NCBI GenBank assembly: GCA_964016885.1 | Contig: OZ024740.1 | Span: forward strand, 272,614,001 to 272,678,000 | Direction: 5' to 3' | DNA length: 64,000 bases | DNA from: Eledone cirrhosa | Lineage: Eukaryota | Shown here: piece after piece, positions 45,289-60,934 of the stretch | How the letters are laid out: every line of letters starts with the position of its first letter | Numbering within the stretch: position 1 is the stretch's first letter | Notes under the pieces: generated by a model | What the model was told of the DNA's origin: nothing | What the model saw: the letters and a program-made list of their open reading frames with translations, nothing else | Databases searched by the model: none | Translations under genes and position numbers: made by a program

Positions 45289-45334
45289 TAAGCTGACAGA
45301 TCTGTTTCACACTGTTGGTGTTCATCAGAGCTTA
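45289..45334 (-). ncRNA. Type I hammerhead ribozyme within a TA-flanked element (~45125-45398)
   Basis: taagct CTGATGA acac-caaca-gtgt GAAA cagatctg TC agctta. All stems pair; GUC cleavage triplet. Confidence 0.92.
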
Positions 45335-45394
45335 GCACTCGCCGACCTTTGTTGAAAATTATAGAGGTTGGATTATTATAGAATTCCAATAATA

Positions 45395-45464
<70 letters not shown>

Positions 45465-45672
45465 TGGGTGGTTAGGGAATTCGATTCGCAATCCTAAGGT
45501 TGTGAGTTCGATTCCTGGACCAGACGATGCGTTATGTCCTTGAGCAAGACACTTTATTTCACGTTGCTCCTTCTACCTGGAGTTGCGACCGATAGATAGT
45601 ATTAGCAATTGGAAAGACCAACGGAAACTTTGTTCCCTCGGTCCGATTTGACGAAAGTCGATCGTTCCTGGA

Positions 45673-45701
<29 letters not shown>

Positions 45702-45704
<3 letters not shown>

Positions 45705-46197
45705 AGGAGCAAAGTATGTAGATAAATCTACCAAAATATTCGGTAGTGTCCAATTCGTATGAAGAACTCAATGTAATCCAAATATCATGAAAAGAGAAGA
45801 TGCATTCACAAACTTTCGATGAAAATCATAGGAAAAACAAAGTCAAGATAAATTAATAAAAACATTGAAATAAAAACAAAGAACAAGTTCCTTATATTCA
45901 AAAATTCATCATTTTGCGATCCTTTCTAGGATGTATATGTGTGTTGATATGTATATCATATAGATCTATGTAAACATATTACAAATTATCAGAGGAAATA
46001 TACATACCTTCACATATTTCACATATACATGCTGTATGTGAAGGTATGTATATTTCCTCTGATAATTTGTAATATGTTTACATAGATCTATATGATATAC
46101 ATATCAACACACATATACATCCTAGAAACGATCGTAAAATGATGAATTTTTTAATATAAGGAACTTGTTCTTTGTTTTTATTTCATTGTTTTTATTA

Positions 46198-46200
<3 letters not shown>
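45702..46200 (+). mobile_element. TA-flanked fold-back with ~165-bp arms
   Basis: 45850-46016 is the reverse complement of 46035-46201. The left arm has a tail. GAAA cgatcg TA lies at 46125. Confidence 0.8.
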
Positions 46201-46231
<31 letters not shown>

Positions 46232-46524
46232 TTGGAAAAGTAAGAAATCGGAGAATAGACCGTTAAAACATGTTTATTTAAAACAGCACCTACGTACGTT
46301 TCGCCCAGTTGGTCTTCTCAAGGGCATAAATAACCAAAAGTGTTCCTTACATTGCTCGGAAAGAGTTTTGGGGGTTAAGTTCACGAAAAGGTTCATTGCT
46401 CGCAAAAATAGCGTGTTTTGATTTTGCTGCACAAGTATTGAGCAACTTTGGCATACGGTACTTGACAAATAACTATATGTTTCAGCTATCCTCCCCTTTT
46501 TTTCTCTCTCTCGATACGTACATA

Positions 46525-46573
<49 letters not shown>

Positions 46574-47722
46574 CCTGAAAGCAGCGATTCTTCGCTTAAA
46601 CTTTAATCTGTTATTTTAATAAATATTTGCTCTAGGTTTCTTATATATTTGATATATATTTATCCTTATTGAGCCCTTCTTGGATTTTGGTCTTCACATT
46701 TATTATTATTACGATATATATATATATAGCTTATAAATATGACATTTGAAACGCCATGTTGATCTGTAATAATTGGTGGTGGCTGTTTCTATTCAAACAT
46801 GTCTTGTTAGTTTACGTTATTGTTGCAAAATAATAAGCAAGCACTAGTGAATTATAGCACAACATATATGCTTTTAAGGTTTACAGTGTTTTAGGACATT
46901 TATTATATAAAAATATATAGTAAAACAGGTAGATCAATGGGCAGATATTTTCAGTAGAATAGATCAACTAGATCGATTGATGGATCAAGAAATTGACGGA
47001 CGAATATATATTTTTATCGGTCAATATATATATATTTATAACAATATATATTTTTATTGGTCAATATATATATTTATAACAATATATATTTTGCAGCGAT
47101 TGTATATATACTAGTCACTGTCAGCAGATAGCTTTTTGGTACAATTTAGAAGAGTATAGATTTATATAAACTTCTATCTAATAAAGTAGGTAGAAACACG
47201 GGTTATAAATAAATATTATGGTATTTGTTACGTTATATAGAAACATTATACTAACTTTTATTTGTTAATGAATAAGGAAGAAAGCACAGCGCCCATTATC
47301 CTTCACGGAGTTTCTTAGTATTCGGAAATGAATAGGGAAAGTTATCCGCTGACAGTGACTAGGTCAAATGTTTTAACGGAGTGGAATTGGTTGAATGCAT
47401 TCCATGGCTAAAGGTAGTTAATCTAGTCAACAGATTATGGCTACTAACCTAAGAAAATAGCTATCACTAACGGATTTCAATACAGCTGCTTTCTTTTCTG
47501 TCTGTCGTGTTTCAAATACAAGACTTTAGTAGAATATTCCTGCCCAAGATTCCACTCAATACAATTGAACCTGAAACGGTGTATTTCCAAAACTAGATTG
47601 GAACAATTAATCCCTCATATAACACTTACCATTTGATATCATATCTTTATTTAATAATTTTGATAATTGGAAACAGCGTGATAGTCTATATATAGTCATT
47701 TGAGCTGCTTGAAATAGCACTC

Positions 47723-47855
47723 ACCGTATTTTCCGGCGTCGAAGACGCTACTTTTCTCTTAAAATAATTCTCAAAGGTCTGCCACGCGTCCTGGAGGCCG
47801 AAGGTTATTTATTATTATTTTTTCAAATTTTTGGTTGTCAAAATTAGGGTGCGTG
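47723..47855. mobile_element. Tc2/pogo-like DNA transposon end
   Basis: accgtattttccggcgtcgaagacgc...aaaattagggtgcgt resembles Tc2-type termini. Confidence 0.5.
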
Positions 47856-47979
47856 GATAAAATACATAGTGCTCACGACTATAGTATGTATTAATATGTA
47901 CGTATACTTGTTCAGACCTGATCTGATGCTAAATAACAGCGACAATATCGGTAACAACAAAACACAACATCAGCAGCAA

Positions 47980-48011
<32 letters not shown>

Positions 48012-49734
48012 GCAACAACAACACCAATAACAACAACAACTTGAATGTTACATAGTTGTTAGTGTTATTGTCTTTTTGTTTCGCACAAAGCGAGCACTGA
48101 TCCAGGAAACTTTCGATCAAAGACGTTTCACTTGTGACTATATCGTTCTTTTGTGACATTAGTAACTACAACGTCTCTTTTCAGCTTTAAGACGATAATA
48201 TATGAGTTGATGGAGATTTTGCTGCTATCTCTAGCAGATCGAACGGCCTCGTATTTTCTCCTTTATTGATTCATGAGGATATATAATTTTTGTTGTAATG
48301 ATGACACAAGGCATGATGCGTATAAAAGTAAATTTACATAATCCTTTACATTTTTTAAAATTATAAACGTATGATATATGTTGCATCATTTATTTAGTTA
48401 AATATCAAATAAAGTTTATTTATATATTTTAATCAAAAAGATCCCGAAATGATATGGAAATTCCCTATTGCGGTAAAGGAAATAACAATACAAAATACAC
48501 ATTCTAATAACTACAGGCCCTCAATGATCTGTAACTGTATTTCCCTATCATCCATCTAAGTTCAGGTATGTTTACAAAATTACCTTCTTTCATAAAAAGA
48601 AGAAAAAAAAATCACAAGAAAAAAAAAACATAAAAACACAAGACAAAACAAAGACAGCGAAACTTTCAGCAATACTAGTTTCGCATTCAAGCAATTATTG
48701 TAACATTTCGAGAGACTATCATGTCTTCCTGTTGTTTTGGTTGATGTTGCTGTTATTGATTTTGTTGTTTTTGCTGTTATCAAATTTTGTTCTCAGGTGA
48801 GTGAAACAATACTAAATATTCATTATCGTCGCCTGGAAGCAGAAACATCAGAAAAATACAATAAAAATATAGACAAGATATTCGCTGTAACAGAATAATA
48901 AATAAATGAATAAATAAATATATAAATTCCAAGGTACTAAATAAAATAGGAAGTCTTTTGTGTCCTTTTGTTTTCAATTATCGAAGACAAAAGAACGTTT
49001 GACAGAAACCTATTGCTTAGCGATGTAGTACAGAAACTATTTCCTAAACAGTTGCATGGTTAATAAACAAAATGTTTTTTTTAATTATTTTTGTATATAT
49101 TTCTATTCTTTTCCTTGTTTTGTTTGAATTTTTTGTTCATTAATTAAGAGTAAAAGATAAGAACTATTTAATTAAAATATCATTAACATTTTGGCACATT
49201 AGTGTTTATCTAGAAATTATTCACGATATCAACACAAACCGACTTACGACGTTGGGAAATGCTACCGAAATATAAAAAAAAGAAAAATACTAAGAAAACA
49301 ATAAGAGGAAGACAGAGAAAGATAAACAGAGATAAAGAGAAGGAGAAATATAGAAATATACAGGCAACGAGAAAGAGAGAGAAAGAGAGAGAGAGTGAGA
49401 AAGAGAGAAAGAGAGAGAGAGAGTGCGAAAAAAGTATATAGATAAAATCATGATTGTTAACCATTTTTTGAAGGCACGATTCTCTGTAGCCTGAAGATAA
49501 TTCAAACTGTTTCCTGTATATATTTTACTTGCTCAGTATGGAAGCTCTTCATGTCAGATTTTTGAGGAATTCAGATTAAAATCATTAAGATTTCAAGAAG
49601 GAAATTCTACATTGCTAAATTTTTGGGTAATTTTGAAAACAACTAGAACAAGCATAAAATAAATCAAAAATGAAAATGAATGGAAACACATGTAAAATAA
49701 AAAAAAATATTAATTGAATTGCCAATATTATATG

Positions 49735-50530
<796 letters not shown>

Positions 50531-50655
50531 TGTATGTGTGTGTATATACATGATTACATACCTAATATTTACATATATACATATAGGGTGTGCCGTAAGT
50601 AAGGTACCACTTAAGCATGTTTTATAATGAGATGCCTGATAGTTATATGGGTGGC

Positions 50656-50717
<62 letters not shown>

Positions 50718-51625
50718 GGAGAGAGCGAGGATAAGAGTGAAATATATGTATATATATATATATATATTATGAAAGTAAAACAAAGAAGCCTTCAATACAT
50801 ATTTTAACCCTTATATATATATATATATGTATATGTATATACATACACACAGACACAAACACATATATATATAGAGAGAGAGTGAGATAGAGCGAGAGAG
50901 ATATATAGAGAGATAGAGAGATAGAGAGATAGATAAATAGTAGGCGTGTCTTGCTTTATGTATGTAAACGTGCATATGCGTATGTATATCATACAAACAA
51001 CAGACGAACACACAAACAAGCGTACATTGACATATAATATTTAAAACAACGTTGACAATGGTGATGATGATGACAACAAAACTATGAGATGTACTTTCTC
51101 TCAATTGCTTGCATTTCACAATGTTTGAAGTTTCGTGATTTTAAATGCAAAGATTTCCAAGCCGACACTAATCTTTTTAATGATCACACAACATATGTGC
51201 CCTTCCACAAGACTTAAACCAAAATGGTGTCCTATAGAGAGCATACATATTTTCGCACCACTTACAAGAAATATCAATCAAAACTACCTTAAATAAGAGT
51301 CCATAGTCTTAGACACGAGAAAGTCACATTTGATAATGCAAAGTGAGATATTAAAAAAAAGAATAAATGATCATAGCTGAGACGTGGTACCTCATAAGTC
51401 TGATCGATTATGGCTGATCTTCACTTAAAATTAAATATTGTATGAAATTTGTAGAAATTTGTACAAAATGAACAAATTTCTACAAAATTTCATACTTGAC
51501 GACGACCCGTTACAATTAAAATAGCGATAAATAAACTATTAATCAAGTACTGGGACCTTTACTTTTCTCTTTCACACTCTATCTGAATTGGCTGTGTTTA
51601 AGTGGCCAAAGAGGAAGCATTCACA

Positions 51626-52520
51626 TGATAATTGGTTCTACTTTTGGCACAAAGCCAGCAATTACTCCAGTACATTACTGGTACTTTATGTTATCGACCC
51701 CGTGAGGATGAAAGGCAAAGTTAACCTCGGCGGGATTTGAACTCAGATCATAAAGGGACGTAATTCTATGCTGCAAAGCATGGTGTCCGACCCTCTACCG
51801 ATACTGCCAATCCACATGATAATGATTTCTACTAGAGGCGCACGGCCAGCAATTTTGGGGAAGGGAAAGTCGATTAAATCGACGCCAGTGCGTTACTGGT
51901 ACTTTATTTTACGGATGAAAGGCAAAGCTAACCTCGGCAGGATTTTAACTCAGATTGTAAAGGGATGTAACTCTATGCTGCAAAGCATGGCATTCGACCC
52001 TCTACCGATACTGCCAATCCACCGCCCTTAAAATAATGACAATGATAACGATAATCACGTCTTATGTAAGGATTATATATCAAAGATATACTTGAGGAAG
52101 GGTCTTATTGATGCCAATCCACCGCCAATCCACATAATAATTGTTTCTACTTTTGGCACAAGGCCAGCAATTAACCAGTACATTACTGGTACTTTATTTT
52201 ATCGACCTCGAAAGGATGAAAGGCAAATTTAACCTCGGTGGGATTTGAACTCAGCCCGTAAAGGGACGTAACTATGCTGGAAAGCATGGCGTCCGACTCT
52301 CTACCGATACTGCCAATCCACATAATAATTGTTTCTACTATTAGCACAAGCCAGAAATTACTCAGTACATTACTGGTACTTTATTTTATCGACCCCGTAA
52401 GGATGAAAGGCAAAGTTAACCTCGGCGGGATTTGAACTCAGAATGGCAAGAGCCATAACTCTATGCGTCAAAGCATGGCGTCCGACCCTCTATCGATACT
52501 GCCAATCCGCCAATCCACAT
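51626..52520 (-). mobile_element. Array of four Nin/Deu SINEs
   Basis: Copies at ~51626-51815, 51820-52027, 52135-52321 and 52322-52510. Confidence 0.88.
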
Positions 52521-53653
52521 ACTAATACCAACAATATTTACACCACTAATACCGAATCTCGAGTTTGTATTCTACTATTCAATTTCTTTTCTACTATTCT
52601 TCTTGTCCCCGTACTGCTGTGTTTCCCAAATTTGTGCATTAGGTTATCATTTTATATTACTGTTTCAGACGCCATTATGATTCTTGCTGTTTAGCCCCAA
52701 GTTAGCCCAAATTTATTTTCAACGACTATCTGGCCATGATTATACTGTTCTTTTTTTTTTTTATATAGACATAGCATACCTACCCCTATCTACGTCATCT
52801 AATGGGTTCATTTAATAGACACCAGGTTACTCTGTCTAGTAGAACGAGTGGTCAATTAGAGGCTCTACGATTGCCTCTCCCGTGATGTTGCGATTGCTTC
52901 TAGTGCTTCTGCTGTTGATAATTATGGTGAAGATAATATTTATTTTTCCTAACCTTCACCAACATCAAAGTTACACTGATTACCACCATCGCCGTCATCA
53001 CTACAACATCCATCATAATGCTATTCTACTGCAGTAGATTGGCAGTATCGGTAGAGGGTCGGAGGCTATGCTTTGCAGCATAGAGTTACGGCCATTTATG
53101 GTATGAGTTCAAATCCCGCCGAGGTTAACTTTGCCTTTCATCCTTACGGGTTCGATAAAATAAAGTACCAGTAATACACTGCGATAATTGCTGGCCTTTG
53201 TGCCAAAAGTAGAAAATTATTCTACTACCACCACTACCACGACTACTACGACTACCACAACCAGCACCACTCCTACACCGTGTACGATATATCCCCCACC
53301 CAGACAATGACATGTTAGATTTTTTTCTCCAAGCTTTTCCTCTTCTCGCATATCAGAATTGACATAGTCGTCCACTCCCTAAAATTCTAACTTCAGTTTT
53401 CTACGCTTAATTGGATGAAAGGGAGAGTGATTAAGACATAGAAAGGAGAGAAGAAAAATAGAGAAGAAGTAAGAGAAAGTGAGAAATGTATATATGTCTG
53501 TATCATATTTCACTTACAAGGCATTGGTCTACTTGAGGCTACGTGGTTCAAATCGAATGCCATAATGAGGCAGTCATGCCTGTGTCTCTCTCTCCTGCTT
53601 CTATTCTCTCTCCCCCTTCTCTCTCCCCCATCTCTCTCCCCCATCTCTCTCCC

Positions 53654-53703
<50 letters not shown>

Positions 53704-53899
53704 ATATATATATATATACGTATTTCCGTAGGAAGGGTAAAGGAAGGGAGAGTGCTCTATGTATGCTACAGAGCTATTTAATTATGTAATAAACAACATA
53801 AGACAATTATTCCATTTACCAAAGGTTTCACGAACAGGCGAGCTCAACAGAGACGTCTGAAATCGCTCATTATAATGAAAATTTTATATATATATATAT

Positions 53900-54086
53900 A
53901 TATATTTCAAGGATACCAAGTTAAATCATGGTATGCCTTCATCAGACAAAATACAATATATAACAGTTTTACAAATAGATAATTGACATACCCTTTCAAA
54001 AAGGCCATCCTTGAAATATATATATATATATAATATATATAATGAAATAAATATGGTTTTATAAATATAGTTTCCATTTATTAATA

Positions 54087-54090
<4 letters not shown>
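53900..54090. mobile_element. Family G fold-back fragment with hammerhead (53900-53951 on -)
   Basis: The minus strand reads ttttgt CTGATGA aggcatacca-tgatttaact-tggtatcctt GAAA tatata. Confidence 0.7.
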
Positions 54091-54133
<43 letters not shown>

Positions 54134-54149
54134 TGTGTGTATATGTGTG

Positions 54150-54181
<32 letters not shown>

Positions 54182-55033
54182 TGTATGTATGTATGTATGT
54201 ATGCGTGTGTGTATATGTGTGTATATATATATGCGTGTGTAAGTGTAGGTATATACATATATATATGTATTTATTTTTACCCCGTAACCTTACGTTCTGC
54301 ATCAGTGTGTATATTTCCCCGTTATTTTATTTTATATATTTCTTAATTTTATTTTATTTTGTTTCAGCCTCGCTTTCAATTGTAATAGCCTTTGTTTAAA
54401 TATATATATATATTTCGAAGTTGTAATTTCTAAGAAGCAGCTTGATCTGAGACTATTAAAACTAAAATAATAACTGTGTAGAAGAATCTTTTAGCCATCT
54501 GAAAACGTTAAGTAACTTTATCACCAAATCTGTTAAGTAACCAAATCTTTATCACCAAATCTGTTAAGTAACTTTATGTATACCATATATTTCTTAGAAA
54601 TAAGTGAAATTGAGCACACAGAGTGCGGCAAAGTGTTGGACACTATGAAATATATGAAGTACATTTAAGAGAGTTTACGCGATTCTAAATAGCAAAAATG
54701 ACTCTTCTCAGTAATTATTATGGGGGATTGGCAGTATCGGTAAAGGGCCGGACGCTGTGCTTTGCAGCACAGAGTTACGTCCCTTTATGATCTGAGTTCA
54801 AATTCCGTCGAGATTAACTTTGCCTTTCATCTTTACGGGGTCGATAAAATAAAGTACCAGTAATAGACTGAGATAATTGCTGGCCTTGTGCCAAAAGTAG
54901 AAACATTTATATACGTATATGTTTGTTTATTGTATGATTATCTGAATTGTGGTGAGTATATTTCCCAGTTTCAAATTTTCCAATGCAACCAAATTTGTTT
55001 GTATACATACATACATACATATAAATAAATGTA

Positions 55034-55086
<53 letters not shown>

Positions 55087-55109
55087 ATATATATTTTTTT
55101 TTTTCTAGG

Positions 55110-55468
55110 GCGTGTAAAATTCCCGAGATCCATGGACGAGTTCTCTCTAGCGGTCTCTGTCCCTCATTATCGCTGCCATGTCCTGCGTCTCCAACAGACC
55201 ACTGTCTGTCCTTAGGGCATCAACATAAGTTAACCTTGGTCTTTCTCTACCAGTGTGTCCATGTAGGGGCTCCCACAGGAGCACTGAGTGCAATGTCAAC
55301 TCTGGATGTCGGTGAGCATGTCCAGCTACCCTCAGTCTCCTCTGTGTCAATTTTGAGCTGACTTTTGGGAGCCTCCCATACAGCTCTGAGTTTTTCATCC
55401 TCAGTTTATACTCATTATTGTTCAGAGCCATCCTCAAATACTCGTGTAGCACCCATCCACCATCTGAG
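55110..55468 (-). mobile_element. RTE-like LINE 3' fragment
   Basis: LRMALN..ELYGRLPKVSSKLTQRRLRVAGHAHRHPE..LLWEPLHG..RPRLTYVDAL. Confidence 0.85.
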
Positions 55469-55884
55469 TATATATATATATATAAATATATATACATAAA
55501 TATATATGTGAATTGAATTAGAAGATTTTGACTTAATTTTGACTAAATAAAATGAAATATAATAGTCTAATAATATAGGCGAGAGAGAACGAGAGAGAGT
55601 GGAGAAAAAGAGAAAGAGAGGGGGAGAGAGAGGGAGTTAATAATTACGTAATGCTGTCATCACGCAACCAACTACACGATTTCATAAGGCACCATCTTAT
55701 ATAATAAGAATTTCTGATATAAGTACAAGGCTAACAATTTTAGGGGAGAAAAAAGTAATAGGATTGTTATGTAAGACTTCTAATGCAATACGAGCTATCG
55801 ACATGGGGACGGACGGATTCGATGCTAATCCTAAGAGAGCCCGACCCCGGCACGAACCCTCAGAAAAAAAAACTTTATATATAT

Positions 55885-55885
55885 A

Positions 55886-55942
<57 letters not shown>

Positions 55943-56129
55943 TCGTGTGTGTGTGTGTATGTGTGTGTGTGTGTGTGTGTGCGTGTGTATTTGTGTGTGT
56001 GTGTGTGCGCGCGTGCATGTGTGTTTGTGTGTGTGTGTGATTGTGTGTGTGCGCGTGTGTGTGTGTGCGCGCGTGCGTGTGTGTGTGTGTGTGCGTGCGC
56101 GCGTGTGTGTTTGTGTGTGTGTGTATGCC

Positions 56130-56197
<68 letters not shown>

Positions 56198-56218
56198 TAT
56201 GTGTGTGCGTGTGTGTGT
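55885..56218. repeat. (GT)n/(GC) microsatellite
   Basis: Directly visible. Confidence 0.95.
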
Positions 56219-57041
56219 AGCCCTATATAGTTATGGCTGTTTTCAATCCCCGCTGAGGTTGTTTTTGACTTTCACCTTTACATACATACAGAATGCCCAA
56301 CGTATACTGAGTTGGACACTATATATGTATGTAGGAATCTATACTTGTATCTATACTCGTGTAGAGATATGTATACTTCTTCGTTTAATATATAATACCC
56401 TCCCTTATGGTAGAGTGAACATTTGGCGGAATCGAACTCCTTTCTAGTAGCACGTAGCCTGCCAATGTCCACTTCTATTGCTCTCCTGTTGGTCATTTGT
56501 CACATGACAGTCATTTCATTCGAAATTTTCACAGACAGCGAACGGCTGGGAATTCTTGTTTGAATTTTATTTCTGGTCCAAGAAAACCTCCTCATGATTT
56601 GAGATTTTTCTCGATACTCTACTCGGAGTATCGTTATTTTCCCAATTGGCAGTATCGGTAGAGGGTCGGACGCCATTCTTTGACGCATAGAGTTACGGCC
56701 CTTGCCATTCTGAGTTCAAATCCCGCCGATGTTAACTTTGCCTTTCATCCTTACGGGGTCGATAAAATAAAGTACCAGTAATGGACTGGGTAATTTGCTG
56801 GCCTTGTGCCCAAAAGTAGAAAATATTATTTTCCTAATGAAACTGCAGTAGGAACATTACAGTGATTAAGTTAAGATTTTTTCCTTAACTTGTTTGCTTT
56901 CCCCATATTTGATTTTATTAGGGTTTGAATCTGTTAATTTTATTGTCTCTTTCATAGAACCAAACTCAGTATAAGTTGGACACTATGGATGTATGTATCT
57001 ATACTTGTATCTATACTTGTGTAAGGATATGTATACCTCTT

Positions 57042-57409
57042 TGTTTGCATAGCTACGGCTTCCTTAATGTTTACCCTGTAAACATACCGTGTTTCTTTAG
57101 AAATACGAAATTTCTATACATATCTGTATAAAGCTATGCTTGAAGCTAAATCCTAATTCTATTCTATTATTAGTTGAGCAAACTTATGCAGCTTCATATG
57201 CAAATGAAATTAATCACCTCATTTACACAGATGGGAAAACTATATATTCTCGACTGTTCTAAAGTCCAGCAGTCGCAAGCGTGGGAGGGAGCGTTCTGCT
57301 GTACACCACCAGAGGGTGTTAGCCCCGGTGTTTGCATAGCTACGGCATCCTAAAATATTTACCCTGTAAATATACCGTGTTTCTTTAGAAATACGAAATT
57401 TCTATACAC
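57042..57409 (+). mobile_element. Partial-tandem element (~287-bp unit) with octamer-PSE-like-TATA module, ending at (TA)n
   Basis: 57042-57121 repeats directly at 57329-57409. ATGCAAAT 57198, TCACC 57214, TATATA 57241. Confidence 0.7.
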
Positions 57410-57498
57410 ATATATATATATACATATATATATATATATCAGCTCGGTTCTAACTGTCGAAACGGCCGGAGCTCAGCCGTCGGGGTTCTGACTGTTTT

Positions 57499-57596
<98 letters not shown>

Positions 57597-57599
57597 CAC

Positions 57600-57793
57600 G
57601 TTATTCCGGGTTGAATCGGAGGTAACCACAGTAAGTAAGGTACTCAATACATTGCAGAGTATAAAAGTTTTAATATAGATGAGATTCTACAGGACTAGAA
57701 CTGTTTCATTCTTTAGAAATCATCAGGAATCTCTGATGATTTCTAAAGAATGAAACAGTTCTAGTCCTGTAGAATCTCATCTATATTAAAACT
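57600..57793 (+). mobile_element. Fold-back with hammerhead cores at the turn
   Basis: 57667-57726 is the reverse complement of 57733-57792. CTGATGA tttct-aa-agaat GAAA cagt TC. The left arm has a tail. Confidence 0.8.
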
Positions 57794-57902
57794 ATATATA
57801 TTGTTATACTTTGGGAGGGTCATGTTGATGGTATACATATGAATATATGATGGTATACATATGAATATATGTATATATGCATATATATAGGTACATACAT
57901 GC

Positions 57903-57984
<82 letters not shown>

Positions 57985-57986
57985 GG

Positions 57987-58021
<35 letters not shown>

Positions 58022-58025
<4 letters not shown>

Positions 58026-58226
58026 AACCAGTAAGACCCCGACGGCTGAGCTCAAGCCGTTTCGACGGCTAATTCTGGACGGCTAATTCAGTCCAGAATT
58101 AGCCGTCGAAACGGCTTGAGATCAGCCGTCGGGGTCTTACTGGTTCCTATTACCCACTCTACTACCCCAAGTATTGAGTACTTTGGTGCGTTATGGTCCA
58201 CCTGGTTCCTTACCACATTTCCTTCG

Positions 58227-58258
<32 letters not shown>

Positions 58259-58633
58259 CAAAGGAATTGTGGTAAGGAACCAGATGGACCATAACGCACG
58301 ATTTACCTATTCTATAACCTCCCTCCTCCACTTCATACACTATCCTTAGAATCTGCTGTATACATATCACTTTCAATGCTTGACCGCTCCACTTACTCCC
58401 CTATTGTTCTACAGGCAAGTTCATCCACCCCTAAATGCCACCAAATGCCATGATAGACTTATTTGTATTTACAACACATTTTAACCAATCCTCTTGACAA
58501 CTACAATCTTCCCATATAAGGAAGTACCCCCTTGACAAGTTCGGCTATTTATTCACCAGGCTAAACATTCTAATTTAGTCCAGAAATAGCCGTCGAAACT
58601 GCTTGAGCTCTGCCGTCGGGGTCATACTTTTTC
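58022..58633. mobile_element. Family A copies (58022-58228 fold-back; 58258-58633 deleted copy)
   Basis: Family A consensus with a 12-bp hairpin gacggctaattc/gaattagccgtc before GAAA. Confidence 0.8.
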
Positions 58634-58690
58634 CTATATATATATATACACACACATACATATATATATATGTATATATATATTGTCTTC

Positions 58691-58809
<119 letters not shown>

Positions 58810-59148
58810 TGGGAAGACAATATATGAGATCGCGTGAGAGGAAGAGTTTGCCTTCTCAATGACGTAATAATTATCACGTAAGATTAATTTTCAACACATC
58901 TAACAACGTTTCTAGTCACGACCTCATTGATATTAAGACATTAATAACCATAGCTAAAGCTAATTAAATATGAGAACAAAGCACATTCTTATATACTTAT
59001 ATAGATGTAAGTAGAATGCTCGAACATGTTCATACATGTGTACCCTATACAGTGTATGTGTAAATATATGTGTATATACATATGTGTATATATATTCATG
59101 TATGTTTACATATATACATATATATCTATATCTCTCTGTCTCTTTCTC

Positions 59149-59205
<57 letters not shown>

Positions 59206-59209
59206 TATG

Positions 59210-59257
<48 letters not shown>

Positions 59258-59337
59258 AACACACATACACGCCACACATACATATACATATAATATATAT
59301 ATATGTATATATATACATATATATATATATGTGTATA

Positions 59338-60117
<780 letters not shown>

Positions 60118-60450
60118 TAAATAAATATATATATAAATATGTAAACGTTGGTCAATTCAAGCGCCCGCGTTCACTCAAACATCGACACTCACAAGCCAGC
60201 CTGCCGAGGTCGAACACTTATCTTTCAAACATACAAACAGGCGCGCACACACACCTCCGCACATATACGCACACACACACACACGCGCACCCATACACCC
60301 ATATACACCCCACATATACTATGATTAATCCCCCCCCCTAAACCTCTCTAAAGCGTAAGATATCCTTTGCACAGGACATCACCAAAATGCCTGACTCTTT
60401 TCAAGTGTTAAACTAATATATTTCTTCAATGTACTGTGTTGTTTGATTTT

Positions 60451-60492
<42 letters not shown>

Positions 60493-60934
60493 CGCGCGCA
60501 CGAGGACGCACACACGCACACACACACACAGATACACCCACTCACATATATATATAAATATGACAAAGAAAATGTAGGAAAGGAACAAGGTGGACCATAA
60601 CACACCAGAGTACTTGATACTTAGGGTAGTAGAGTGGGTAATAGGAAACGAGTCAGGACCCCGACGATCTAGCTGTTTATATGTTATTGGTCAGAAGCAA
60701 ATGAATTTTTACGAAGGCAGATATAAACACAGAGCGAATATAATCAAATATATATTGAAATATTAGTTTTTAAATCATTTTTAATTCCTTATACATCTTG
60801 ATAATACAAATTTTCAATTTACATTCTTCAAATAATTTCATGTAAACTCTCTTGAAATATGTGTTGGGGATTAAACATTATTTAAAAGCTGCTTTTCCAT
60901 CTATATAATTGATTATATATATATACACACAAAG

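Larger units (their letters stand above)
53035..56828 (+). mobile_element. Dispersed Nin/Deu SINEs (53035-53220, 54725-54910, 56645-56828)
   Basis: Consensus matches; the span is not one element. Confidence 0.8.

Noticed and set aside
53810-53866. Degenerate hammerhead-like motifs here and at ~5900-5945, ~46572-46605 and ~58900-58935
   Set aside because: Core nucleotides are mutated and stems pair poorly.
57255-57300. Twister-like pair GTCGCAAGC ... GAGCG
   Set aside because: The loop motifs covary as in twister, but P1, P2 and P4 cannot be formed convincingly.
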